15,867 nt of DNA from an uncultured archaeon. GTDB taxonomy: Archaea > Altiarchaeota > Altiarchaeia > IMC4 > SCGC-AAA252-I15. The position numbers and the translations under genes are program-made. The notes below the pieces were generated by a model that did not search any database, had not been told where the DNA came from, and saw only the letters and a program-made list of their open reading frames with translations. How positions within the stretch are numbered: the first letter of the stretch is position 1; each line of letters opens with the position of its first letter. Where the stretch lies: assembly GCA_964587725.1 (NCBI GenBank), contig CAZPLO010000027.1, forward strand, positions 1-15,867. Direction: 5' to 3'. Below are positions 1 through 8,001 of this stretch, piece by piece.

Positions 1-35
1 TAAAATAGACAAGGATTAGCTTCTGAATCCCATCC

Positions 36-58
36 TTTTTATACTCTTGTTGAGTATA
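36..58 (+). promoter_or_regulatory. Putative TATA box (TTTTTATA, 36-43) of the r-protein operon, overlapped by the inverted repeat TATACTC-N5-GAGTATA (40-58)
   Basis: AT-rich TATA-like octamer about 95 nt upstream of the uL3 ATG; perfect 7-bp inverted repeat read directly from the sequence. Confidence 0.4.
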
Positions 59-136
59 GATAAGAGCAGTTTTCTTTTGAGAATCTGCTATGCTTTTCCG
101 GCGGCGGCGCGCCGCCAGTTCTTTATTGGAAGGCCT

Positions 137-1123
137 ATGGCGAAGGTACATAAACCCCGCAAGGGTTCGAGGGCGTACCGCCCACTGAAGAGGGCGAAGA
201 AGGAGACGCCGAGAGTGCACAGTTGGCCCCAGGGAGACGGGGAAGGCAGGATTCTTGGTTTCACAGGCTACAAGGCGGGGATGACGCACTGCATAGCCGT
301 CGACGAAAGCAACGGCAGCCCCACGTCAGGGAGTGAAGTGTTCGTTCCGGTCACAATCCTGGAGACACCCCCTATGAAGGTTGTGGGCGTCCGCGTCTAC
401 AGGAAAGCCTATAAGGGAGACCAGGCGTTCACGGACGTGTGGATGGCCAACCCCGAAGACGACGTCCGCAAGAGAGCCCCTGTTCCGAAGAAGGGCAGGA
501 GGAAGCTGGAGGATGTGGAGAAAAAACTGGACGACGTCGACGACATACGTTTGATAGCCTACACCCAGCCGAAGCTCACACACAGCCCCAAGAAGAAGCC
601 GGACGTGATGGAGCTGGCGTTGAGCGGCGACAAAGCCGAGAAGCTCGCGTACGCGAAGGAGATGCTGGGGAAAGACATCGGAATCAAGGACGTGTTCAAC
701 GAAAACGACTTCATAGACGTGACGTCCGTCACCAAGGGCAAAGGCTTTCAGGGTGTCGTGAAACGATACGGTTTGAAGCGGCAGCCGCGGAAGGCCAGCG
801 GCAAGAGAAGACATCTGGGCACGGGCGGCGCTTGGACGCCGACGCACAAGCTGTGGGTGGAGCCGCAGCCGGGCCAGATGGGCTACCACACCCGCACGGA
901 ATACAACAAACTCATACTCAAGATAGGCGAAGACGGCGAGGAAGTGACGCCGAAGGGCGGTTTCCTCCGTTACGGACCCGTCAGCAGCCACTACGTGATG
1001 GTGTACGGGAGCGTGCCCGGACCCAGCAAAAGGGTTGTGCGGCTGACGCACCCGCGGAGGCAGCACAAGGATGTCAGCTTAAACATTAAACACGTGGACA
1101 CGTCGTCCAAGCAGGGAGCATGA
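137..1123 (+). CDS. rpl3: 50S ribosomal protein uL3
   Basis: Motifs GFTGYKAGMTH, VPVTILETPP, TKGKGFQGVVKR, GQMGYHTRTEYNK, GSVPGPSKR; start moved from TTG 47 to ATG 137 (MAKVHKPRKGS), which is preceded by GGAAGG. Confidence 0.98.
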   Translation: MAKVHKPRKGSRAYRPLKRAKKETPRVHSWPQGDGEGRILGFTGYKAGMTHCIAVDESNGSPTSGSEVFVPVTILETPPMKVVGVRVYRKAYKGDQAFTDVWMANPEDDVRKRAPVPKKGRRKLEDVEKKLDDVDDIRLIAYTQPKLTHSPKKKPDVMELALSGDKAEKLAYAKEMLGKDIGIKDVFNENDFIDVTSVTKGKGFQGVVKRYGLKRQPRKASGKRRHLGTGGAWTPTHKLWVEPQPGQMGYHTRTEYNKLILKIGEDGEEVTPKGGFLRYGPVSSHYVMVYGSVPGPSKRVVRLTHPRRQHKDVSLNIKHVDTSSKQGA

Positions 1124-1845
1124 TGGTGAACGTATACAAACTCGACGGTAAGGTGAAGGGGAAAATCGACCCCCCCAAGGTATTCGAGACACCCTACCGG
1201 CCGGATTTGATACTGCGCGTCGTGGTAGCGGAGCAGGCAAACCTGAGGCAGGCGCACGGCGTAAGCAGTCTGTCCGGCCTGCAGACCAGCGCAGACTACT
1301 TCGGCTCCCGCAGAAGAAGCTACAGGCAGACCATAAACCGGGCCATGAGCCGCCTACCCCGCATCAAGAGAGGTGGTGGAGGCTTAGGGGATGTGCGGCG
1401 TGTGCCGCAGGCCGTCGGAGGCCGGAAAGCCCACCCCCCGCGAAAGAAAGACTACAGCCGAAAAATCAACCGCAAGGAGTTCCAGCTGGCGTTGAACTCC
1501 GCCATAGCGGCAACCTCCGTCAAGCAATTGGTGGAGGGCCGGAGCCACGTGGTAGGCGACCTGGAGCTGCCGATTGTCGTGGAAGACAGCATAGCGGGGC
1601 TGAAGAAGGCAGCCGACGTGGTGAAGGCGCTGGAGAGCCTGGGGTTGAAGGACGAGCTCTCATCCAAGAAAAAGAAGAAAGTACTCATTGTGGTCGGCGA
1701 AGACAATGGCATACGCAAGGCGGCCGCCGGAATAGCGGGCGTCGACGTAGCCACAGTGAAAGACCTGGACGTCGACCTCCTAGCTCCCGGAACACACGCC
1801 GGGAGACTAACCGTGTGGGGTGAGTCTGCTCTGAAGAGCATGTGA
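1120..1845 (+). CDS. rpl4: 50S ribosomal protein uL4
   Basis: FETPYRPDLI, VPQAVGGRKAHPP, KINRKE, LLAPGTHAGRLTVW; ATGA overlap with uL3. Confidence 0.97.
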   Translation: MMVNVYKLDGKVKGKIDPPKVFETPYRPDLILRVVVAEQANLRQAHGVSSLSGLQTSADYFGSRRRSYRQTINRAMSRLPRIKRGGGGLGDVRRVPQAVGGRKAHPPRKKDYSRKINRKEFQLALNSAIAATSVKQLVEGRSHVVGDLELPIVVEDSIAGLKKAADVVKALESLGLKDELSSKKKKKVLIVVGEDNGIRKAAAGIAGVDVATVKDLDVDLLAPGTHAGRLTVWGESALKSM

Positions 1846-2108
1846 AGATGGACCCCCACGACATAATACTGTACCCGCTGATGGGCGAGAAAGCCACGCT
1901 GATGCGCGAACGCGAGAACACGCTCACATTCATCGTCCAAAAGGACGCGAACAAAAAAGACATAAAAGAGGCGGTCCAGCAGATGCTGGACGTGGAAGTG
2001 GTTTCCGTGCGTGTGATGCACACCACCGAAGGCAGCAAGAAAGCCCACGTCAGACTGAACGACAAACACAACGCCGAGGAGATAGCCTCGCACATGGGGG
2101 TGCTGTAA
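1842..2108 (+). CDS. rpl23: 50S ribosomal protein uL23
   Basis: IILYPLMGEKA, NTLTFIV...ANKKDIKEAV, KKAHVRL; canonical position; start GTG 1842 or ATG 1848. Confidence 0.97.
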   Translation: MKMDPHDIILYPLMGEKATLMRERENTLTFIVQKDANKKDIKEAVQQMLDVEVVSVRVMHTTEGSKKAHVRLNDKHNAEEIASHMGVL

Positions 2109-2836
2109 TGGGCAAACGGCATATTACTCAGAGGAGGGGGCGGGGTACGCCCAGGTACCGTTCACCCGGCCACCGGTTCAAGTCGCCCGCAACATACCCC
2201 CGCATAGACTACGGCACCAAAATTATGGGACAGGTCGTGGATTTCGTTACAGACGCCGGGAAAACCGGCCCCCTCGCCGAAATACTGTTGGAGAACTTCA
2301 CCACCGTCAAACTGATAGCGGCTGAGGGCATGAACGTCGGCCAGAAGGTCGAACTGGGGGCAGGAGCAGCCGTACAGTCCGGCAACATTCTGCCGCTGAA
2401 GAACATAACCCCGGGGACGCAGGTCTACAACATCGAGGTCAAGCCGGGCGACGGCGGCAAAATAGTTAGGAGCAGCGGCGCATTCGCCTACGTGGTCGCG
2501 CACGACGCCGGCACCGGGTTGACTCAGATTAAATTGCCGTCGAAGAAGACCAAGTTCGTGAAGAGCGACGCATTGGCGACCGTCGGCAGGGTTGCGGGAA
2601 GCGGCCGCAAAGACAAGCCGATGGTCCACGCAGGCCAGATGTACCACAGGATGAAGTCCAAAGGCAAACTATGGCCTAAGGTGTGCGGGCGCGCCATGAA
2701 CGCGGTCGACCACAAACACGGCGGCGGACGGCACCCGCACGTGGGACGGCCCACAACGGTGTCGAGGAACGCCCCGCCCGGCAGGAAGGTCGGGCACATA
2801 GCCGCGAAACGCACGGGCAAGAAGAAGAGAGGATAA
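2108..2836 (+). CDS. rpl2: 50S ribosomal protein uL2
   Basis: [52 protein letters not shown]. Confidence 0.98.
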   Translation: MGKRHITQRRGRGTPRYRSPGHRFKSPATYPRIDYGTKIMGQVVDFVTDAGKTGPLAEILLENFTTVKLIAAEGMNVGQKVELGAGAAVQSGNILPLKNITPGTQVYNIEVKPGDGGKIVRSSGAFAYVVAHDAGTGLTQIKLPSKKTKFVKSDALATVGRVAGSGRKDKPMVHAGQMYHRMKSKGKLWPKVCGRAMNAVDHKHGGGRHPHVGRPTTVSRNAPPGRKVGHIAAKRTGKKKRG

Positions 2837-2838
2837 AC

Positions 2839-3225
2839 ATGGCAAAGAAAGAGTTCAAATACAGGGGTAAGACGGTCGAGGAACTGAAGAAGATGCCGTT
2901 CGAGGAGATGACAGAGCTCCTCCCCGCCAGAGCCAGGAGAACCCTGAAGAGGGGGTTGACGGACCAGCAGATGAAGCTGCTGGGGGAGATAAGAGCCGGG
3001 AAAGGCAAGACAATCAGAACCCACTGCAGGGACATGCTCATACTCCCGGAGATGGTGGGCGCCAAAATCGCAGTATACAACGGGAAAGAGTTCACGGAGT
3101 TCGAGGTCAAGGCGGAGATGATCGGGAAGTACCTGGGCGAGTTCACTTTAACAAGGAAGCCGGTTAAACACAGCGCGCCGGGCGTGGGAGCCACGCGGTC
3201 GTCGCTGTTCGTGCCAATCAAGTAA
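2839..3225 (+). CDS. rps19: 30S ribosomal protein uS19
   Basis: [49 protein letters not shown]; true start is ATG 2839, not 2683. Confidence 0.98.
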   Translation: MAKKEFKYRGKTVEELKKMPFEEMTELLPARARRTLKRGLTDQQMKLLGEIRAGKGKTIRTHCRDMLILPEMVGAKIAVYNGKEFTEFEVKAEMIGKYLGEFTLTRKPVKHSAPGVGATRSSLFVPIK

Positions 3226-3227
3226 AG

Positions 3228-3671
3228 ATGGAGCTGAAGTATTCTGTCAAGCCGGAGGGTAAGGCCGCGAAGGCCATGGGACGCGACATGAACGTGTCCT
3301 TCAAGGACATGGTGGTGGTAGCCGATGCCATACGCGGCAAAAAAATAGGGGACGCCATACGGTTGATGGAGGAGGTGATAGCGTTGAAGCAGCCCATACC
3401 CTACCGTAGATACCAGCGGGGGGTCGGCCACCGGAAAGGCACTCAGGTGAAGATAGGGAAGTACCCGAAGAAGGCGGCCGGACACGCACTCGACGTGCTA
3501 AAGAACCTGCAGGCTAACGCGGAATACCAGGGACTCGACGTCGAAAGACTTAAGCTAACGCACGTCCAAGCCCAGAAGGGCTTCGCCAGGATAAGGAGGA
3601 AGCCGAAGGGTCGTTGGACGATATGGAACACGGAATACTGCCACCTCCAGGTGGTGGGTGAGGAGAAATAA
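3228..3671 (+). CDS. rpl22: 50S ribosomal protein uL22
   Basis: VSFKD...IRGKK, PYRRY..GVGHRKG, GKYPKKAA, NAEYQGLD. Confidence 0.97.
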   Translation: MELKYSVKPEGKAAKAMGRDMNVSFKDMVVVADAIRGKKIGDAIRLMEEVIALKQPIPYRRYQRGVGHRKGTQVKIGKYPKKAAGHALDVLKNLQANAEYQGLDVERLKLTHVQAQKGFARIRRKPKGRWTIWNTEYCHLQVVGEEK

Positions 3672-4642
3672 TGGCAATAGAGAAACACTTCATACAGGAG
3701 GGTGTGATACGGTCGGAGATAGAGAGCTTCCTCCGCAGCGAACTCAACCGCGCAGGCTACAGCGGAATCAGCATACAGAAGACGCCGCTGACGACCAGGA
3801 TAATACTGTACGTGGAGAAGCCTCCCATAGTCATCGGCAAAAAAGGGAAGCGGATTAACGCATTAACCGACACGCTGAAGAAGAAGTTCAAGATAGACGA
3901 CCCCACCATAGACGTGCAGAAGATAGAGAAGCCGACACTGGACCCCAACATCATAGCACGGCGCATAGCGGTGGCGCTGGAACGCGGCATCAACCGCCGG
4001 CGCGTAGCCTACAAGGCGGTGCGCGCAGTAATGGGCTCCGGCGCCCGAGGCGTCGAAATAATACTGTCCGGCAAGATCGTGGGGAAGGGCGGCCGCAGCC
4101 GCAACGAAAAATACAGCGAAGGATACATGAAAAAAGCCGGCGACAGCCTCAAACTGGTGAAGATGGGCTCCACCCAAGCCTATTTGAAGGCGGGCGTCAT
4201 CGGCGTCACCGTGAAAATAGTTCCTCCGGGCACGAAGTTCCCGGACCAGATAAGCGTCCTCGAAGGCGTGGAGGCAACGCCGGAGCCCGAGGAGGAGAAG
4301 CCCAAGAAGAAGGCCAAGAAGACGAAGAAAAAATCCGAGAAAAAGAAAACGTCAAAAAAGAAGGCGAAGGAGGAAGAGGGGAAAGAGACGGCTGAAAAGA
4401 AGGAAGAACCTCCTGAAGAAAAAAGCGGGAAGAAGAAACCTGAGGAAGAAGCCGCAGAAGGGAAGGGAGAACCCTCGGGGGGGAAGGCTGGAAAAGAGAA
4501 ACCCGCGAAAGAGGAGAAAAAGGAGGTCGCATCCGCTGAAACCGGTGATTCAGGCGGTGAAGGCGCCGGCGAAGAAAAAACAGCGGGGACTGGAGGGGAG
4601 AAAACCCCCGAGAAAGCAGGTGGAGGCGAGGAGAACGCTTAA
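3671..4642 (+). CDS. rps3: 30S ribosomal protein uS3 with a long K/E-rich C-terminal tail
   Basis: RAGYSGI.IQKTPL, PPIVIGKKG, GARGVEIILSGK, GVIGVTVKIVPP; about 125 aa low-complexity tail. Confidence 0.97.
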   Translation: MAIEKHFIQEGVIRSEIESFLRSELNRAGYSGISIQKTPLTTRIILYVEKPPIVIGKKGKRINALTDTLKKKFKIDDPTIDVQKIEKPTLDPNIIARRIAVALERGINRRRVAYKAVRAVMGSGARGVEIILSGKIVGKGGRSRNEKYSEGYMKKAGDSLKLVKMGSTQAYLKAGVIGVTVKIVPPGTKFPDQISVLEGVEATPEPEEEKPKKKAKKTKKKSEKKKTSKKKAKEEEGKETAEKKEEPPEEKSGKKKPEEEAAEGKGEPSGGKAGKEKPAKEEKKEVASAETGDSGGEGAGEEKTAGTGGEKTPEKAGGGEENA

Positions 4643-4645
4643 ATA
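4631..4645 (+). promoter_or_regulatory. Putative internal BRE-TATA promoter (GAGAACG-CTTAAATA) overlapping the uS3 stop codon
   Basis: CTTAAATA (4638-4645) matches the archaeal YTTAWATA consensus; followed by an AT-rich spacer and an SD-less uL29 ATG about 30 nt downstream. Confidence 0.5.
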
Positions 4646-4674
4646 CCATAGTTCATTATAATATAAACCTCATC

Positions 4675-4896
4675 ATGGCGATACTACGTTCGGATGAAAT
4701 ACGGGGTATGACCGACTCTGAGATGGATGAACGCATGAGCCAGTTGAAGAAAGAGTTGATGAAGATAAACGGCGTGCTGGCCTCCGGCGGGATACCGGAG
4801 GAGGTCGGTAGGACGAGGGAGATAAAAAGAACCATCGCACGCATGGAGACCATCAGGGTCGAGAAGGCCAAGGGAGAGGTATCATCCAAGAAATGA
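4675..4896 (+). CDS. rpl29: 50S ribosomal protein uL29
   Basis: MAILRSDEIRGM...L.KELMK...GG.PE..GR.REIKRTIAR; canonical position after uS3. Confidence 0.97.
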   Translation: MAILRSDEIRGMTDSEMDERMSQLKKELMKINGVLASGGIPEEVGRTREIKRTIARMETIRVEKAKGEVSSKK

Positions 4897-5189
4897 ACTG
4901 CCCCAAGTGTGGTCTGCCACAGGAGCTGTGCGTGTGCGATGAAATGACCCGCACGGGTCAGAGAATAAAGGTCAGGAGCGACCGCAGGCGGTACGGCAAG
5001 TACGTCACCGTCATAGAAGGCTTCGAAAACGTCGACGTCGGCAAAATCGCCAAAGACTTGAAGAGGCGGCTGGCGTGCGGCGGAACCTCGAAGAAAGACG
5101 TCGTGGAGTTGCAGGGGAACCACGTGAACCGCGTGAAAGACGTGCTCGTGGACATGGGGTTCTCCGAGAACATGATAGACGTCGCATAA
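4893..5189 (+). CDS. sui1: Translation initiation factor SUI1/aIF1 homolog
   Basis: CPKCGLPQELCVC, RRYGKYVTVIEG, LKRRLACGGT, ELQGNH. Confidence 0.96.
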   Translation: MNCPKCGLPQELCVCDEMTRTGQRIKVRSDRRRYGKYVTVIEGFENVDVGKIAKDLKRRLACGGTSKKDVVELQGNHVNRVKDVLVDMGFSENMIDVA

Positions 5190-5217
5190 ACTGGTTAAAG
5201 CACTTCTAGCTACCAGG

Positions 5218-5487
5218 ATGATAACGCCATACAACATACTCCGGCACGAACTGCTCGGGCTGGAGGTCAGAGCTGAAACCGAGGGAGCCACCGTCGAGGG
5301 GGTGGTGGACTGGGAGTCAGCGAAGACAATCAAGGTAAAAACCCCCGAGGGGGTTAAGACGGTGGCCAAGGAATCCAGTACGCTGGAGCTGAGGCTGCCC
5401 GACGGCGCGGTCGTCCGCGTCGACGGCACACTGCTGCTGTCGAAGCCGGAGGACCGGGTCAAAAAAAAGCATAGGATAAGGTTTTAG
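5218..5487 (+). CDS. rnp1: Ribonuclease P protein component 1 (Rpp29/Pop4)
   Basis: ITPYNILRHELLGLEV, GVVDWES, VDGTLLLSKPEDRVKK; canonical position between SUI1 and uS17. Confidence 0.95.
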   Translation: MITPYNILRHELLGLEVRAETEGATVEGVVDWESAKTIKVKTPEGVKTVAKESSTLELRLPDGAVVRVDGTLLLSKPEDRVKKKHRIRF

Positions 5488-5490
5488 AAG

Positions 5491-5871
5491 ATGGAGTGCA
5501 CGGACAAGAACTGCCCCACACACGGGACGTTGGCGACTAGAGGCGCGGTCCTGGAGGGGACGGTGGTATCCGACAAGATGCAGGGCACGGTGATCGTGGA
5601 GAGGGGCCGGCTGGTCAGAGTAAGGAAGTACGACCGCTACAAGAAGGCCAGGTCCAGGATACCCGCCCACAACCCCCCGTGCATCGGCGCGAAAGTAGGC
5701 GACCAGGTGCGGATTGTGGAGTGCAGGAAACTGTCCAAGACCGTCAGCTTCGTGGTCACAGAGAAACTCGGCTCCAAGGAAGCTGAGAAGAAGGAGGAGC
5801 CTAAGAAAAAGGCCAAGAAGAAGGTGAAGAAGAAGGCCAAGCCCAAGAAGAAGGAGGTAGAGGATGGCTAA
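5491..5871 (+). CDS. rps17: 30S ribosomal protein uS17 with a Lys-rich C-terminal tail
   Basis: [42 protein letters not shown]. Confidence 0.97.
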   Translation: MECTDKNCPTHGTLATRGAVLEGTVVSDKMQGTVIVERGRLVRVRKYDRYKKARSRIPAHNPPCIGAKVGDQVRIVECRKLSKTVSFVVTEKLGSKEAEKKEEPKKKAKKKVKKKAKPKKKEVEDG

Positions 5872-6304
5872 GCCCCTTGGAGGGATGCCCAAGAACCTTC
5901 CCCTGGGGAAGGCGGTGTCCGCCAACGTAACCAGGGCTCTGCCCGCCGGCGCCCGCATGGTGTGCGCAGACAACACCGGCGCCAAGGAAATCGAGTTAAT
6001 CACCGTCAAAGGATACAAGGGCGTCCGCAGCAGGATGCCCAAGGGCGGAGTAGGCAACATGATAGTCGCGTCCGTGAAGAAAGGCCGCCCAGACATACGG
6101 AAGCAGGTGGTGTTGGCCGTCATAGTCCGGCAGAAGCAGCCGTACAGGCGCGCCAACGGCTCACGCATCTGCTTCGAAGACAACGCGGCAATCATAGTCA
6201 CCGAACAGGGCATGCCCAGGGGCACCGAGATAAAGGGGCCCGTAGCCCGCGAAGCCGCGGAACGGTGGGGGAAGATAGGGGCTATAGCGAGTATTGTGGT
6301 GTGA
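5864..6304 (+). CDS. rpl14: 50S ribosomal protein uL14
   Basis: [36 protein letters not shown]. Confidence 0.98.
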   Translation: MAKPLGGMPKNLPLGKAVSANVTRALPAGARMVCADNTGAKEIELITVKGYKGVRSRMPKGGVGNMIVASVKKGRPDIRKQVVLAVIVRQKQPYRRANGSRICFEDNAAIIVTEQGMPRGTEIKGPVAREAAERWGKIGAIASIVV

Positions 6305-6306
6305 AA

Positions 6307-6681
6307 ATGAGCAGGCCGATGTCGTCTCAGGCGAGGAAGCAGAGGAAGTGGGTTGCGAACGCCCCACTCCACACCAGGAGGAAGATGATGGCGGCCGCGT
6401 TGAACAAAACATTGAAGGAGAGATACAAGCGCAACAGCCTCCCCGTCCGCAAGGGAGACACGGTAGAGGTGATGCGCGGGAGTTTGAAGGGCCGCAGCGG
6501 CGAGGTATTGCGGGTGGACCTTTCAGAGTACAGATTGTATGTGCAGGGCGTCACCTCCAAGAAGACGGACGGCACCGAGGTGGAGCGCCCCATACACCCG
6601 TCGAACGTAAGACTAACGGAGTTAAACGATGAGGATAAGGAGAGGAGGGATGTTCTCTCCAGAAACGTGGAGGAGGAGTGA
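6307..6681 (+). CDS. rpl24: 50S ribosomal protein uL24
   Basis: SSQARKQRK..NAPLH, PVRKGDTVEVMRG (KOW motif), PIHPSNV; start is ATG 6307 or overlapping GTG 6301, not 5962. Confidence 0.97.
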   Translation: MSRPMSSQARKQRKWVANAPLHTRRKMMAAALNKTLKERYKRNSLPVRKGDTVEVMRGSLKGRSGEVLRVDLSEYRLYVQGVTSKKTDGTEVERPIHPSNVRLTELNDEDKERRDVLSRNVEEE

Positions 6682-7337
6682 TGCACACTAAGAGAATAGC
6701 TTCCGGGCAGGGGAAGGAGATGAAGTGGGCCGCCACAGTGAATGGCCCGCACGAGAAAGACGAGTCCGTCCCGTTGATAACCGTCCTCCGCGAACTGGGG
6801 CTGGTGGACAAAAGCCGGGAGGCAAAGGCCATACTCAAGGCGGGGAAGGTCCTGGTGGACGGCCGAGTGGTACGAGACCACCGGTTCGGCGTCGGACTAA
6901 TGGACATAGTCTCCATACCCGACGTTAAAGGAAACTACCGCATAGTCCCCGACAAAAAAGGATTCACATACAAGGAGGTCGGCGCCAAGGAGGCGAAGCT
7001 GAAGCCCTGCAAGGTGATAGGGAAAACCCTGGTCAACTGCGGGCAGGTGCAGCTGAACCTCCACGACGGCAGCAACATACTGTCGAAGGACGGTGTGAAC
7101 GTGAACGACACCGTCGTCGTCGCCCTGCCGGACAGGAAGGTGAAGGAGACGGTACCGTACGCGGTAGGCAGCCAGGTGTTGATAGCGCGCGGCCGCCACC
7201 GCGGCGAAAAAGGCGTGGTCAAAGACATACTCCACGGGACAGCCGGCCGCAAGTCGCTTACGACGGTGGGCGACTTCCAGACCCTAACAGATTATGTGTT
7301 CCCCATCGGGGTGGAGAAGGCGGTGGTTGACGTATGA
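6678..7337 (+). CDS. rps4e: 30S ribosomal protein eS4
   Basis: GPH...SVPL..VLRE, VLVDGRVVRDHRFGVGLMDIVSI, QLNLHDGSNIL, GRHRG, YVFPIG; start GTG 6678 or ATG 6681. Confidence 0.97.
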   Translation: MMHTKRIASGQGKEMKWAATVNGPHEKDESVPLITVLRELGLVDKSREAKAILKAGKVLVDGRVVRDHRFGVGLMDIVSIPDVKGNYRIVPDKKGFTYKEVGAKEAKLKPCKVIGKTLVNCGQVQLNLHDGSNILSKDGVNVNDTVVVALPDRKVKETVPYAVGSQVLIARGRHRGEKGVVKDILHGTAGRKSLTTVGDFQTLTDYVFPIGVEKAVVDV

Positions 7338-7849
7338 ACGCCATGCGGAAGGCGCGGATAGACCGCGTGGTCGTGAACATCGGCGTCGGAGAGTCGGGGG
7401 AGCGGCTGGGGAAGGCCGAGAACCTGCTGAACAAGCTCACCGACAAAAAGCCGGTGCGGACGGTGTCCAAACACAAGATACCCGCCTGGAACATACGGAA
7501 GGGCGAGCCCATCGGGTGCAAGGTAACCCTACGAGGCGGCGACGCCGTGGAAATCATCAAGAGAACGCTTTACGCTAAAAACAACGTGCTCTCCCCACGG
7601 AACTTCGACAAAGACGGGAACATATCCTACGGGATACGGGAGTACATCGACATACAGGGCCTCAAATACGACCCCGAAATAGGCATATTCGGGTTGAACG
7701 TGTGCGTGAAACTCGAGCACCCCGGCCACCGGATACAGCGGAGGTCGCGGAATACGGCGAAGGTGCCGGACAACGCCAGGGTCGGCAGGGAGGAGTCCAT
7801 GGATTTCATGAAGGAAAACTTCGGTGTTAAAGTTGAAGAAGAAGAGTGA
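7334..7849 (+). CDS. rpl5: 50S ribosomal protein uL5
   Basis: [49 protein letters not shown]. Confidence 0.98.
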   Translation: MNAMRKARIDRVVVNIGVGESGERLGKAENLLNKLTDKKPVRTVSKHKIPAWNIRKGEPIGCKVTLRGGDAVEIIKRTLYAKNNVLSPRNFDKDGNISYGIREYIDIQGLKYDPEIGIFGLNVCVKLEHPGHRIQRRSRNTAKVPDNARVGREESMDFMKENFGVKVEEEE

Positions 7850-8000
7850 GTCGGGCAAGAACCCGCGGATGGACGCGAAAAACCTTAAGTGCAGCGTATG
7901 CGGCAGCGTAAGGGGCCTCATCCACAAATACGGCCTCAACATCTGCAGGCGCTGCTTCCGCGAGGTCGCATCCAGCATAGGATTCAGGAAACTGCGTTAA
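7833..8000 (+). CDS. rps14: 30S ribosomal protein uS14, zinc-binding type (not in the ORF track)
   Basis: Manual translation [55 protein letters not shown]; CxxC...CxxC motif; start TTG 7833 (GGTG upstream) or ATG 7869. Confidence 0.95.
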   Translation: MKKKSESGKNPRMDAKNLKCSVCGSVRGLIHKYGLNICRRCFREVASSIGFRKLR

Positions 8001-8001
8001 A

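Noticed and set aside
47-136. N-terminal 30-aa extension of uL3 from TTG 47
   Set aside because: Not uL3-like; ATG 137 gives the canonical N-terminus and has an SD-like sequence
2683-2838. Upstream extension of the uS19 ORF
   Set aside because: Overlaps uL2 out of frame; the real start is ATG 2839
5962-6300. Upstream extension of the uL24 ORF
   Set aside because: Overlaps uL14 out of frame; the real start is 6301 or 6307
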